From the NCBI RefSeq assembly GCF_009914755.1, contig NC_060926.1: a stretch of 64,000 nucleotides of DNA; one strand, 5' to 3'. This DNA comes from the human T2T-CHM13v2.0 reference genome, Homo sapiens. The notes beneath the pieces are model-generated. The model was not told where the DNA came from and did not search any database. It saw only the letters and a list, made by a program, of their open reading frames with translations. Position 1 is the stretch's first letter, and every line of letters starts with the position of its first letter. The position numbers and the translations under genes are program-made. Shown here piece after piece: positions 15,026 through 29,183 of the stretch.

Positions 15026-15277
15026 GACTTATCGTCTTTAAATATTGGAAAGATGAATAATCTCGTGTTAACTTCTGTGGCAGTAAAATGTGATTGAATA
15101 TGTCATTTCAGTAACACTTAAAAGATATATGAAAAACATTCATTGTTCCTCATTTTCCCCTCTTGAAGATACAATAGAAACTCCGTTAACTATACTTAAC
15201 CGTTTCCTTTATAAAATTACTTGCCTGAAGCCCAGAAGAGTCTTGGTCAGTAGGCTATATACTAGTACACCCAATAC

Positions 15278-15466
15278 TAGTGGTGTGCTGGTAAATTTTA
15301 ATACCTAGCTCTCTTGATTTATAATGTTTGCTGATATCTGTGGTGTAAATATTGCCACCATAGCTGATTTCAAGCTATCAAAGTGAGATCACTGATGAGG
15401 AGTTAGGAGAGGATGTATCTAGTTGGCTCTCGGGATCTGATGGGAGCTGGCTCCAGCAACCACTGC
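15278..15466. mobile_element. MER63-like hAT relic
   Basis: Ends tagtggtgtgctggt... and ...ctccagcaaccactg resemble MER63 TIRs. Confidence 0.55.
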
Positions 15467-16760
15467 CACACTCCCCAGACTGTTTAGGCCAATTGTAATC
15501 TCTGTTGTAGTTATGTGATTGAACTTTAAAAGTTGTAAACTCTAAGGCAAAAAGTACTTGTTTTATCAAAACAAAGTTGCACTTCTGAAAAGACTTTATA
15601 TAGATGAGAATCTTTTAAAAAATGCATAGAAATCAGGTATTGGTGACAAACTTATGAAAGATTGGAACAAAAATTGAAATTGCTTTGGAATTATCTTTAA
15701 GTCTTTGTTTTACTTTAAGGAAACCAAAATTAGATTAGTACATGGTATGATAAGGTTGTGCTTCATGCTAAAATGATGTGAAATTCTAATTAGCTGGCCC
15801 TACTCAGAGAATGCCTTGAAACTAGAAATTTAAAAAAATAGTGACTTAATTTATATTTAAACTTTTAAGTTTCTACTTTAATGGATGTTTTCCATTAACT
15901 ATCAGTTTAATTGTGTTGAATATCAATAGAATACCTCTTACTTTTGTATACACATTTATTTTCTGTTCCAGTTGCCTTTAAATATATTGCTTGAGATGTT
16001 AGTAAGAAGCAAAATTTATCAGAACACATATAATTTAAGAGAGGTCCTTTTTGGTGGAAAGGAAAGCCAGATGTGTAGGCAGTCATTTTAGAAAGTAAAG
16101 GCTAAAATATGAGTTTCTGAAGGACTTTAATTTGCTTGAAACCCCAAGATAGTTTTTTTATCTGAATTATTTTTGTTGATTGGAACATTGAGATTTTTTT
16201 TCCCAGCTGATTCTCAATCTTGAGCATTGTGGCATGTTGTGAAATTATGGCTTTTGAAGCCTAAGCTTTTTTCAACATCCATTATATAAATACTTTTAGA
16301 GTAGTAGAAATAATAATTAAGATATATTCAATGTCTTTGAATGCACAAAGTGCATTCTCAAATAGCTGTTAATCTATAGAATCTGTTCTCAAACCTTTAC
16401 TTGCAATTCCAAATCTCTTGTTCTACCATAATATATCAGGAAAGTACATGAAGCTATCAATCAAAAGAGCAAATCTCAGTAACTGTGCAAAATAGGAAAC
16501 AGTTACTACTAAGTGTTAATTACAATTAAACAGTTATAGTTTTTTGGTAATTGTTAAAACAGCATATTTTTTGAATTTATTTTTTAACCCTTCTCAATGG
16601 TAAACATTTAAATAACCTTATTCTTATGAATAATAAAATAGCATACTTCTTAAAATATTATTTTATATGTAGAAAATTTCTACACACCATGTCACATGTT
16701 CTGTGATAGAGTTCCTTATTTAGGCTATCAAATCTTTTAAGGGTAAATTTTAATAATTCA

Positions 16761-17093
16761 TTTTATTATTGTTGTTAGTATTATTATTATTATTGTTATT
16801 ATTTTGAGATAGGTTCTCACTCTGTCACCCAGGCTGGAGTACAGTGATCCAATCTCATCTCGGCGCAACCTGCGCCTCCGCAGCTCAAGTGATCCTCCCA
16901 TTTCAGCCTCCCGAGTAGCTGGGACTATAGGTGCATATGACCATGCCTGGCTATTTTTTGTATTTTTTTTTTTTGTAGAAACTGGGTTTCGCCATATTGC
17001 CTAGGCTGGTGTTGAGCTCCTGGACTCAAGTGATCTGTCTGCTTCAACCTCCGAAAGTGCTGGAATTGCTGGCGTGAACCACCATGCCTGGCC
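16761..17093 (-). mobile_element. AluJ-like
   Basis: Diverged dimer with (TTA)n tail. Confidence 0.88.
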
Positions 17094-17208
17094 TATTATT
17101 ACTATTATTAAAATGGGTGAGAAGTAGGTATGATATGGTCATCAGTTTTTGAAACAAGGAAAAAGAATTGTAATTTGTACTGATAAATTTAGAGGGAATC
17201 GATGTTTA

Positions 17209-17578
<370 letters not shown>

Positions 17579-18949
17579 TTATTTTTGAGTGGTAATAATG
17601 CCTAAAATAGAAATTGCCTAAGATTTCTACTATTTAAAGAAATAGTACTTCTTGGCTAATAGAACTAAATATATTCCTTTTGCTTTAAGACAGAGTTACA
17701 TTCTAATCCATAATAGTCCCAAATACGTATGTCATTTTATAAGAATTTTTTTTTTGAGAGCTGAAAAAAATTTTTTGAGGTATGCTTTCTATGAGATGAA
17801 GGTTGTTTTTAAATTTGATTGCCACTTCAGTAGTATATCAGAACTTACTGGATCAAAGTACTTAAATTCACATGTTGAAAGTCAAACTGAACTAGAATAA
17901 TTAATACATTTATTTCTGAATATGTGGGGATTTGCTGCTGGGCTTTAGGATAATCATCTCACTGAGAGTACTCATCTTACAATCTTTATACTATACTATC
18001 CAGAATAGTTATTTTGATAATTCTCACCTTCGGGTTGAAAAACCAAATTCTAATCTTATTTTTTTTCAAAAGACAGTTTTCTTAAGGATTGCATGTGTTC
18101 AGGAAGGAAAAGCAACCATTTTAAATAAAGATTGTTTTAAACTGATCAGAAATGTGAAAGTAAGTTTTGTTATAAATGGTGATTGCATATTTTTCTTTAT
18201 ATGCAAAATTAGTTCTAATTCATGCAGGAAATAGAAACATTCTGCCTACATTTGCATTCAAGCTTATCCCTTTAATTCAGAGTGATTTAACGTTGGCTGC
18301 CTGAAAAAAATGCAGATATCTTATTTTCAATAGGTATCACATTATCAGTGGCTTTCCATTAGAAAAGAAAAATCCCTCAATTTGGTAAAAAGTATCTTAG
18401 TACCTGGCTGGTGGAACCTCATTTGCAAGCCAATTATAGCCTTGATAAGAGTCTGCAAACATGTCTTTGAGCTGCTTAAGTTAAAAATAAATATTAAAAA
18501 TCTTATTCTAATAGAAAATTGGTTGAGATTTTTTAAAGTGCATAAAGTGCATGAAAAGCAAATGTTTTGCGTACGTGTTTTGCTACATACTTAACTATGC
18601 GTCAATAAATGTAAATATGTGAGGATAATTTAAATATTTTTCAATTTAAACCTCACTTGGTTTTCCTTACTTAAAAACCACTACATTTTATATACACCTA
18701 ACAAATTTTGAGTTTTCATTAATAATCATGATTTGTTAGGAATATATATAAACTATTTAATAGGAATTGTTAACTGAACCAGCTTACCTCCTCCCTCAAC
18801 CTAGAGACTAGAAGGATTTAAATTCTAGCTGTGTGATCTTGAGTAAGTTATTTGGGGATAATAAAACCCACCTCATAGAGTTGTGAGGAGCAAATATTTG
18901 TTTTAGGCGAAACACTTACAGTTTCTACTAAACCCTAGGTGTCCAATTA

Positions 18950-19690
18950 AATGGCACTTCAAGTTAACAAATCTAGTGGTCATTGTTCTGTCCTTGTCTT
19001 ACTCTCTCAGCAATATTGGACACAGTTGATTACCCTCTTTTTTTGAAAATTTTATTTCATCTCTTGGCTTCTATGACGTGGTAGCTCTCTCACCTCACTG
19101 GCTATTTCTTCCTAGTCTTTAAAATCTGACCTCTGGAATTATGTGAGTGCCGCAGGGCTTGGTTCAGGGCTCTTTTCTCTTTGTATACTCTCTACCTAAG
19201 TAACAACTTGCAGCCTCAAGTCTTTAAGTGGGATCATGACTTTAAACTCGTTATTCCCTACTTTTAGCTCTAGCCCCTTAAGTTCTGTGCTCATATACAG
19301 AACTGCCTATTTGATATCTCTATTTTAGTGTTGATTTGAATAGAACTTCTGAATCAGAACTCTTAGTTCCCTAGTCCTAAACTTCTCTTCTTCTAGTCTC
19401 TCTTATTATTTTAAGTGGCACCACAATCCCCCATCCATTCAAGTTCAAAACCTAGGAGTTATCTTTTAATTCTTCTCTTTCCTCACCTTCCACATCCTAT
19501 ACATCATCCAGTCGTGGGAGCTCTACCCTCGTAGTGGTACTTGAATTCACTTCTCTCTACAGTTGTTTAGCCTCCATTATCTCTTACCTGGACTATTGCA
19601 GTAGCTTCCCAACAGGTATCTCTGTTTCCATTCTTGGCACTCTCTAATTTACATAACAATGACAGGCAAAATAATTTTTCTAAAAAGAAA
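18950..19690 (+). mobile_element. L2-like relic
   Basis: Pyrimidine-rich L2-type motifs (ggacacagttgattaccctc, cctggactattgcagtagc). Confidence 0.6.
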
Positions 19691-21207
19691 ATCAGAGGAT
19701 TGAAAATTACAAATATGGAATAAATTTAAAACATTACATTTTGATAGACTTTTAAAATACCTCATTTTATTAATTTTTAAAACTTGAAATGTTTTAAAAC
19801 TTGTCATGTTTTCCGTGATCATTATGCTATAAAAAGAAATCTCAATAAAATAACAAATTAATACTCAGAAGCAAACTAAAATTCATCTTAATAGGTGTGT
19901 AACACCACTGCATTAGAAGAATAGATATCAGCTAATGTTTTCTCTTTCAATCCACAATTCAGTGGAACTAGAACATTTTCATCATCCCAGAGGAACTTAA
20001 TGTTAATATTTTTCCTTTTACTCTTAAGTGTATCTTGGAAAGTTTTCAGCTTGTGGAATTTGCTAGGCAACTTAAAATGCTGAGCTATCTATAGAAACTT
20101 CTTTATGCCAAGTTTACAAAATGTGTTATAATGCCTGAATAATTTCAGATTAATAGGATGTTTTATGACCCAGTTATATGCACACATTACAGTTTACTTT
20201 AAAAGAACACAAATATAGACAGTTTGGGTCAGATTATGATGTACAGTAGTGGCAATAACATGAACAGTAATAGTAATATTATACCAACAGTTATGTATTC
20301 ATGAATACTATAATAATAGCAGAATATTAATTTATTTAGCATTTATTATGGGTAATCAGTGTTTTTGTTGTTATAAAAAATAAACATTAGATATGTAAAC
20401 ATTGAGATATATATTCTTTGTTTAAAAAACATAGTCACAGATAGAATGAAATGAAGGGAATCTGACAAAAGTTATATATAGGGTGCGAATGGGCAAAGGA
20501 CAAATAAAAGAATTTTCTAATGTAGAAATATTTTGAATCTTTATGAAAGATGCATTATTTTCATAATTATAATTGAAGGTAAATTTCAAAGACTTGTGCA
20601 AATCTGAGTCTGTGGTTTTAAGTAGGTTTTGTTTTCCTTAGTGTTGTAGAAATAATAACCTCATGGACCAGTAGAGGGCATGATTTTCCTATGGTAGACC
20701 AGTTTTCAAATGTCCTCTTGAAGACATTAAGCAAAGCGTACTACTCCTTGCTAAAAACGTAGCCCTCCAGATGTCATTGTAGAATTACTCTATTAATTTA
20801 CTTTTCTTTATTTCTTAAATAAACATAAACAATCATAAACTCTCAGCACACTTCATTTTTACTTTTTGTCTTCTCTTTGTTTTGACTTTGAGCAGTCAAA
20901 AGCAAATGGCTTCATTTGGAGGAGGCATTCCTCTGAAAGGATATACTAAATGCCTGGCAAATGCTGTCCATATCATGGACAGTATCTAAAGCACTGACAA
21001 AGACATTTTCTTGATCTGTGCGTGGCCTTGAATTTAAAGTGAGACAAGTGGGTTAAGCCGTTTGTATAAGCTACAAAATGTCATTTCAATGAAAACAAAA
21101 GGATTGAATTTGTAGACATTAAGACTAAATTTAAAACTTACTTTTTAGGTATAAAGCTTCTCATATCGATTTCTATAGGTCCTTACTATTATTCAGAACA
21201 TCGTAGG

Positions 21208-21355
21208 TTTTTTTGTTTTTTTTTGAAAAAAATTTTGTAAAGACAGGATCTCACTGTGTTGCTTAGGCTGGTCTCAAATCCCTGGCCTCAAGCAGTCCTC
21301 CAGCCTCCACCTGCCAAAGTGTTGGGATTACAGTTGTGAGCCATGCTGCCCAGCT
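21208..21355 (-). mobile_element. FLAM/Alu monomer
   Basis: Alu left-arm sequence after a T-rich tail. Confidence 0.8.
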
Positions 21356-21552
21356 AACATCATGTTTTAGATAGTCAGAGTTTTGCCACCTAACAGAGAA
21401 GTAACACCACCAAATCCAGTATACCACAAACTAAATTATATATTTTTAAATCCATATTTCTACTATTACTGAGATATTTCTGCTTTTACAGCATTTTGAA
21501 ATTTATTATTCACTTATGATTTGGCAGTGACTGGTATGTATTTCCCCCCTAG

Positions 21553-21624
21553 TATAAGAAGCATCGCTCTTCTCATGCACATACCAACAACTTTGCAAAG
21601 TCCGTGGTCAACCTTGTGGATTCT
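21553..21624 (+). CDS. ADAM23: ADAM23 exon ~10 (YKKHRSSHAHTNNFAKSVVNLVDS)
   Basis: ccctag|TATAAG ... GATTCT|gtaagt; 72 nt. Confidence 0.95.
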
Positions 21625-22992
21625 GTAAGTATCCTGGTTTTCTTGAATTTGTGTGCCAAGATGGAATGGTTTATCTCTATTTGCTTACTTGTACTTTAGG
21701 TATTTCTTGAACAAATTTAAAAACACAATCCTGAAGCTCATCTGGCTAAGGAATTATAGGATGGTCCGCTTCACAGAGTAGTGCTCTGAGAGTTTCAGAT
21801 GACTGAGTTATTCCCGGAATCCCAAAGATACATTAGTGTTGCTTCTAAGTTGCGTCTATACATTATTGCCCCCAGTCTGTGGAGGACAAAAACAGTGGAG
21901 AAATAGCTACCAAAATCTATTTGCTATTATACTGGCAAATGAGACTTTTTAAAGAAACAACTGGGCTTTTCTTAAATATATGGTGGTAACAGAGAAGAAA
22001 AAATGGATTGAAGCAGAGTATGTTTGGAGAATATAGGTAATACCAAAAAAAATTTTTTTAAGGACACAAATATATTTTCTTAGTGTTCCCATTGGTGTGA
22101 TATTTCATACTTGATTTCTAGATGATGGAAATAAGTGCAGTCCCCAAATAAAACTAATTTGGAAGAATAAAATATGTATCTCCTTACAAAGACTTCTAAC
22201 TGTACAAATCTTCAATATTGATATGTTTTCCTCACTTATTTTGTGAATTACAGAAAATGCTTAAGATTTTCTGCCTTTTTCCTGCCTTAGGTTAGAACTC
22301 TATAGATATGAACATTATATATTATGTTCCAATGAATATTTAAGTTGACTAGTCAGAAATTAAATATAGAATATTACTCCATATGTTGTAATGTAAAGTG
22401 CTATTTTGCTTAGCTAAATATATTTTTATCGGGTATTTTATTGTGTGTTCCTTCTTAAATGCGAAAAAAACCCCACCATTTTTTATAAGTTGCCAAATAT
22501 CTAAATGATACTTATTTACTCCAAAGAGCTGCCTTCTTTTCTGCCTTTTAAGCAGTCCACAAACCTCCAATCATGTAAATATTCATAACATATGTATGTT
22601 ATGTACCTGGTGGGCACAGCTGCACAAAACTATAACATGAGTGGATGTGCGTCGAGTATCTCATATAGAGTTAGGATAGCATCTCAGTGCCAATTTACAC
22701 CTGGTTTATTAATTTTCTTTAATTTCAGCTCTTGTTTATCTTCTCAGAGGAAAACCACAAGTGAATGTGGAAAAGAGAATCTTAACCACATCTTTTCCTC
22801 TGCAAAAGCTGTTTACTTGGTAGCATCTCTGAATTAGTCATTTCAACATGATTGAATAGAGTTACATCATGCAAAGTGTAATTTTTATTTTGGGTTACCA
22901 CATAAGGTTCTGAAGCTGACCACTAATTTTTAAAAGACATTACATTTAACTTGTTTTTGTTGTAAAGTCATTATATAATAGCTTCAATTTGA

Positions 22993-23365
<373 letters not shown>

Positions 23366-24076
23366 CATTGTTTTCTTAATTAGTTTGAAAACAGGGCAAA
23401 ATGACAGCATTCATTGAAGTTGCTTAATTGTGTGAATTGTTTAGCTACTGGGCCAAAAATAGAGAGAGAGCAGAAAGGGAACAATTTAAATATTGTGGGT
23501 GATGCCACCCAGTGGTGAGGATGAGATGAGTGATAGGGATCTGCTCTTTTTTAGCCTCAGATCCTTGAGTCTCTCTCTCTCCCAATGTTATTTTACTTTT
23601 CATATAATATGACCTCCAAGGGTAAGCCAGCTATATTGTTTGGTGCTTATCTGGAGATTTAGTGATTCATTCCAATCCAGCAGGAATAAATTGTTGCACT
23701 GCGGTTACTCAGAACTGGTATATCAGGCTCCAACCTGTTACCTGCTATGAGATTTGAAAGGGTGATTTTACTGAACGATGTTTTAAATTTATGCCCTGGC
23801 TTTGGAATCCTTACTGTCTCTCCCTAGGACAGTGAATGTATTGCTCTGGGATCGAAATAACCCTATAGGAGAGTTGAAACCAAATTGTGTGATTGTTCTT
23901 TCTTTATTTTTGCTCTTGGAAAAAAGAAAGGAAAAGAAGATTCTCTATAATGGGCTAATTATGACCCCGTGTTCTCTCACCTCCCCCTTCCTGTCCTTCC
24001 ACTGACTCTGACTCACTGATCGTGCATGTTTGACCCAGTGTTTTCCTCCTGCACCTGTCCTGTTGTATACCCTCAG

Positions 24077-24240
24077 ATTTACAAGGAGCAGCTCAACACC
24101 AGGGTTGTCCTGGTGGCTGTAGAGACCTGGACTGAGAAGGATCAGATTGACATCACCACCAACCCTGTGCAGATGCTCCATGAGTTCTCAAAATACCGGC
24201 AGCGCATTAAGCAGCATGCTGATGCTGTGCACCTCATCTC
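24077..24240 (+). CDS. ADAM23: ADAM23 exon ~11 (IYKEQLNTRVVLVAVETWTEKDQIDITTNPVQMLHEFSKYRQRIKQHADAVHLI)
   Basis: cctcag|ATTTAC ... CATCTC|gtacgt; 164 nt; embedded in ORF 24026-24319. Confidence 0.96.
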
Positions 24241-25249
24241 GTACGTACTCATTTCAGCCTTTAGTGTAGTCTTTGGTCTGACATTTATCCTTATCCCTTT
24301 TTTGGTTCAGTTAAGTTAAATATCAGAAAATAGTGACTTGAACAAGATTTCTGTGGGTTCCTTTGTCTGTTAGATAAGAAGCATGGAGTTAGGATATCCC
24401 ATGCTGGGATGCTGATGGTTCTGTAGTCACAATATCTACCTTTAGAGCCCATAACTTCCATCCTCAAGATCAACTCACAATCTAGGATGCCTGCTGGCCC
24501 TCCAGCCTTCATTACTGGCAGCGGGCATGACATGTGGGGAGAAGGGCAAAAGGGTACTCCTTCCAGCCGAGCTGACTGCTGTAAAGCAGGTTTCCTGAAA
24601 GCTTGCACATGTATGTTTCATGAACAAATCATTTGCTAGGTGTTAGTCACATGGGCCACACCTAGCTACAAGAGAGGCTAGCAAAATGTAGTCCTTTTAG
24701 ATGAACTATTCAGTTGAGTTTCTACTACTAAGGAAAAAGGGTTCTATACTTTCTTTTTAATATAATAAGCTATTCTCTTCCCCAGTCATGGCAAAGCTAT
24801 TTTCAGATAGTCCTCTAAGGTTCTGTCCTGGAATCAAACCAACCAAACCACTCCTTCTTTTCCTCCCACCATTACCGTTGACTTCCTGTTTTTTCAGTCT
24901 TTAATCAGCAATTTTTAATAATCAGCAATATTAATTCTTTTTAATCACTGCTAGATATTCTCTACTAGAAAAAAGTCAAGAGCTGTGTCTGTTTATCTTG
25001 GTGTTTTCAATTCCTGTGCTAGTACATGATGCTTAGTAGGTACTTGGTGCTTGCTCAATTGAAATTACGTAACATAACAAATTTAAAGGTAATTATGTCA
25101 TAAATTTTAAGGTAGTTGAAATAAAGTTTTTGATTTCTTGGAGGAGGATGGTTTGGGGGTGTTCCATGTAGGAGGGTAGACATATTTTGGGAGAGTATGA
25201 AATGATGGTCCACCACGTTGGTTTTCTGATAGCACTGCTTTTTCTTAAG

Positions 25250-25334
25250 GCGGGTGACATTTCACTATAAGAGAAGCAGTCTGAGTTACTTTGGAGGTGT
25301 CTGTTCTCGCACAAGAGGAGTTGGTGTGAATGAG
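25250..25334 (+). CDS. ADAM23: ADAM23 exon ~12 (SRVTFHYKRSSLSYFGGVCSRTRGVGVNE)
   Basis: cttaag|GCGGGTG ... AATGAG|gtaaat; 85 nt. Confidence 0.95.
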
Positions 25335-26324
25335 GTAAATTTTACCAATTAGAGTTTCATCTTTGCATCTGTTCTCTTTTTTCCCTATGGCCCAGTTTAC
25401 ATCCTTTCTCGTGCTTGTTTAGAATGATGACATGGCAAATGTAGCATGAGTGGCTTATGTTATTAATAAATAGAACCCAACGTGGTCCTTTTGGTTCATA
25501 GTGACATATTTTGGTGTCATAATGACAATTTTTCGTATATATCAGGCAAATGCAGCTGAAGATTGGCCTGGAGACTTTTAGGCCTCTATAGATAAGATGT
25601 TAAGCTTTTATAAGCTTATTAATCCTTCTCTGACTTTTTTTTTGTTATAATGCTCCTCTGTCTATGTTAAATTTAACTCATTAAAATCAAAGGATTTCTG
25701 ATATCAGTACTGTATGTTTTTTTCTCCCTATGTATATATTTTCATTTTCATGCCTTCTACCTACCTATCTGTAGAATGAACTCAAACACCTATTTCCTTA
25801 ATCTCATTGTTCAGATTTTAATACTTTCAGTTTTATAAAGGAAATTCTTAATTGGTAACAGCACCCAAAAAGCATAACCAATTATATCTAAACTCTTGTC
25901 AATACTGAAATATATTATACCAGGTTATCTCAATAGCCTACAATTAGCCTGGAATAATATTGGAGTATATTATACCAGGTTATCCCAGTTGCCCATTTAG
26001 TAGGTACCTCTCTTGACATATTTTAGTAAGTTAAATTTATTCTTAGTTTGGTATAAGTTGAATTGGAGCACAGCCTTTTGTGACTTGTATTTTATGTTTC
26101 AATGTGAGAGCTTCAAATTCTGAGAGATATCACATAGTAAGAGGGGCTTTCTGCTTCTTGGGCCCAGTTGTAAAGAGGAGGTGAGAAGTAGCATATGCCA
26201 TCTTAAGATACTGACAGGCTCTACTTAGGGAACTGAGAAGATTTGTGGTAACAATTAAGAAATAATAACTAGCTTTGTGCACTCTCTCAAATGTCTCCCA
26301 CACACTTTCAACTCTGAAAAACAG

Positions 26325-26415
26325 TATGGTCTTCCAATGGCAGTGGCACAAGTATTATCGCAGAGCCTGGCTCAAAACCTTGGAATCCAATGGGAACCTT
26401 CTAGCAGAAAGCCAA
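26325..26415 (+). CDS. ADAM23: ADAM23 exon ~13, degenerate zinc-binding motif (YGLPMAVAQVLSQSLAQNLGIQWEPSSRKP)
   Basis: aaacag|TATGGT ... AAGCCAA|gtatgt; 91 nt; QSLAQNLGIQW replaces HEXXHXXGXXH. Confidence 0.96.
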
Positions 26416-27797
26416 GTATGTACACTGACCTTCTTACTCATTTTCATGTGCCATTCTGTCTGTATAATGCATGTCCAGTCAATAAATAAATATTTTTCTT
26501 TCCAGTCATTATAGTTTAATTGTAGTATATCTCCTTCCTCTAAAATATTTAGAAAATAAGCAACTTAAGGTAATTTTTAATCTGTTTAGGTTGTAAAAAT
26601 TTCCCTTTCAAAATCCATAAAATCATACCCAGTTTCTCCGGGAATGAGTCAGCTCTTTCTCACACTGCAGAATGTGGGGCTGGGGGCAGGGAATACTCTC
26701 ACACTCAGGGTTCTAGCAGCTGAGCAGACGTACAAGGTGCTAGATAAAGCCTCCATCACAAGCTTAGTGAGATCACAGTTGGATTGGGAAATAGCTTAGA
26801 TCTAGAGTCAAAGAGAGCTCATCTTTAAACTCTAATGAAATTTACCCACCTAGTCTCATCAGAAAAGTTGGAGAAAAAGGCTTTGCAAGGGAAGACCCTG
26901 CCCCAGGGCCTTTTAAGCATGGGAACAGGTGGTAGAGGATAGGATTCTCCTCTAGTGGCCCAGGCAGGTCCAAAAAGGAGAACCAATAGGGCCACACATC
27001 CCATCAGTAAAAAACATAGCCAGTGACTGTTAGGCGTCATTTTTTCGTTAATCAGATGAGAGGTAGATAGAAAGACAGGGCTAATTTTCTAGTGGGCAAA
27101 GGGTCTAGGGCTCACAGTAATCTGAAGGGTCCATGAAAAATGTTAATTTCTTTTAAAATCAGAATAAAAGTCAACCCAGATTGTGTTTATCTTTATACAA
27201 ACCCAGTGGTAAAATATAATTTTTAATACATTTTTATGACAGTGGGCAACGACCTAATGCAATCCGGTGGAAAGAGAGACCAAAGTGTTCATTCATATTA
27301 TTCACTTAACTAGAAATTAGATGAAAGTGCCTTCCTATTTTTTGAAAATATGAGACACTGGGAGTAAAGGTCTCACTTACCACCCCAACCTCCCTAGAGA
27401 AGAAAAGGAAAAATCTACCTTAATATCATTCTATATTTTATATTATTTTTTTCATTAATGCATAATATTGTGGAAAATTGAAACAAATTATATTTACACA
27501 GGCTTCTCAATTCCCTTTATGGGTACATTAAGATAGTCATCACAAGTGTCTGGTGGCATTTCACAAACCTCCGCAAACTTCCATTGATTATCTTGCTCAG
27601 AGTGTTTGCTCTCCCAGGAAACACCTAGTACACATTAAAGGAAGTGTTTAGAGTTTCACCATCTGGCATAAACACCTTAAAACCAGAAAGGTGTATGACC
27701 AGGTTTATGCCCTTGTTTAGAAATCTTGAATCTGGGAGGAGGCCAGTGCTAGAGTCAGCTGAGAGGTGTTACTGAGTTGCATGATGGAATAGGGTGA

Positions 27798-28144
<347 letters not shown>

Positions 28145-28243
28145 TAAAATTCTTTATTTCTTTGTGACTTGTTTGTTTAGGTAGCTATTTCATTGGTTCT
28201 AAACTTTGAGTTTAAAAAATCCATTTGGAAGTCTATCTTTGCA

Positions 28244-28357
28244 TATACCTCTCTCTCTATATATAGGTATATATAGATAGATGTATACCTCTCTCTATAT
28301 ATATACGTTGATATATATTGCTCTCTCTATCGATATATCGATAGAGAGAGAGGCATA
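28244..28357. repeat. (CT)n/(TA)n compound repeat containing a perfect 30-bp palindrome
   Basis: ctctctctatcgatatatcgatagagagag at 28321-28350. Confidence 0.85.
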
Positions 28358-29134
28358 GAAAAGAGAAACAGGAAAAAATTAATGAAGAGAAGAGCCCATC
28401 ACAATATCAATATGTCAGTTTCTGGTATCGAAGTTAAGTTGTAATTGTTTTTAAGTGATTATGTACACTTCTGTTTTAGATTGCTCTCTTTCACTAAACC
28501 TTTTAGCATAGTGTTCATTCAAGTCTCTTGCTCATCCTCACTTCAACTCTAACAAATTGAATTCTCTTCTCTAACTTCGAGCATTCTCTGTTAGAAAACT
28601 TCAGTGATGATATGTTGTGTTTGTGCAACAGAGCTTTAAAATTCACAGCACATAGGTACACCGTCTAGTGTGAACCCCACAACCACTCTGGGAGATAGAC
28701 AAAAAGGTGTTATTCCCATTTAGAGGTAGAAACACTGAGACCCAGGAAATGCTAAGTTACTTGCCTATGGGACTCTCTCATATGACAGATCTTGGACTAG
28801 AACTCAGGCTGTCTGATTTGTAGACCAGGGTACTTTTCACTAAACATTAGAACTAGGAACCAAATTGAGTTGTCAGAGTTACAAAAATAATGAAGAGAGG
28901 CACAATATTACTTCTTGCCAGCTGTTTTCTTAGGAATTAACCTATAATTCTGGAAAGGATAAGGAACTATTGATTTAAAAGAAATTTTGTTCTGTAAGAC
29001 TTCACATTCCGTGTCTATTTGACTGACATGGAATTGGTAATAAAGAATTATTGTAGGAGTTGTAATACCAAAAAAATATGTGACTTTCTTTGTTTCCTTT
29101 TTCTTCTGTTGCTTTTATTGTTTTATTGGACCAG

Positions 29135-29183
29135 AATGTGACTGCACAGAATCCTGGGGTGGCTGCATCATGGAGGAAACAGG
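29135..29183 (+). CDS. ADAM23: ADAM23 exon ~14, Met-turn (KCDCTESWGGCIMEETG)
   Basis: gaccag|AATGTG ... AACAGG|gtaaat; 49 nt; CIM Met-turn. Confidence 0.95.

Noticed and set aside
20963-20985. ctgtccat-atc-atggacag hairpin resembling REST/RE1 half-sites
   Set aside because: Only right half-sites without TTCAGCACC; an 8-bp stem is expected by chance.
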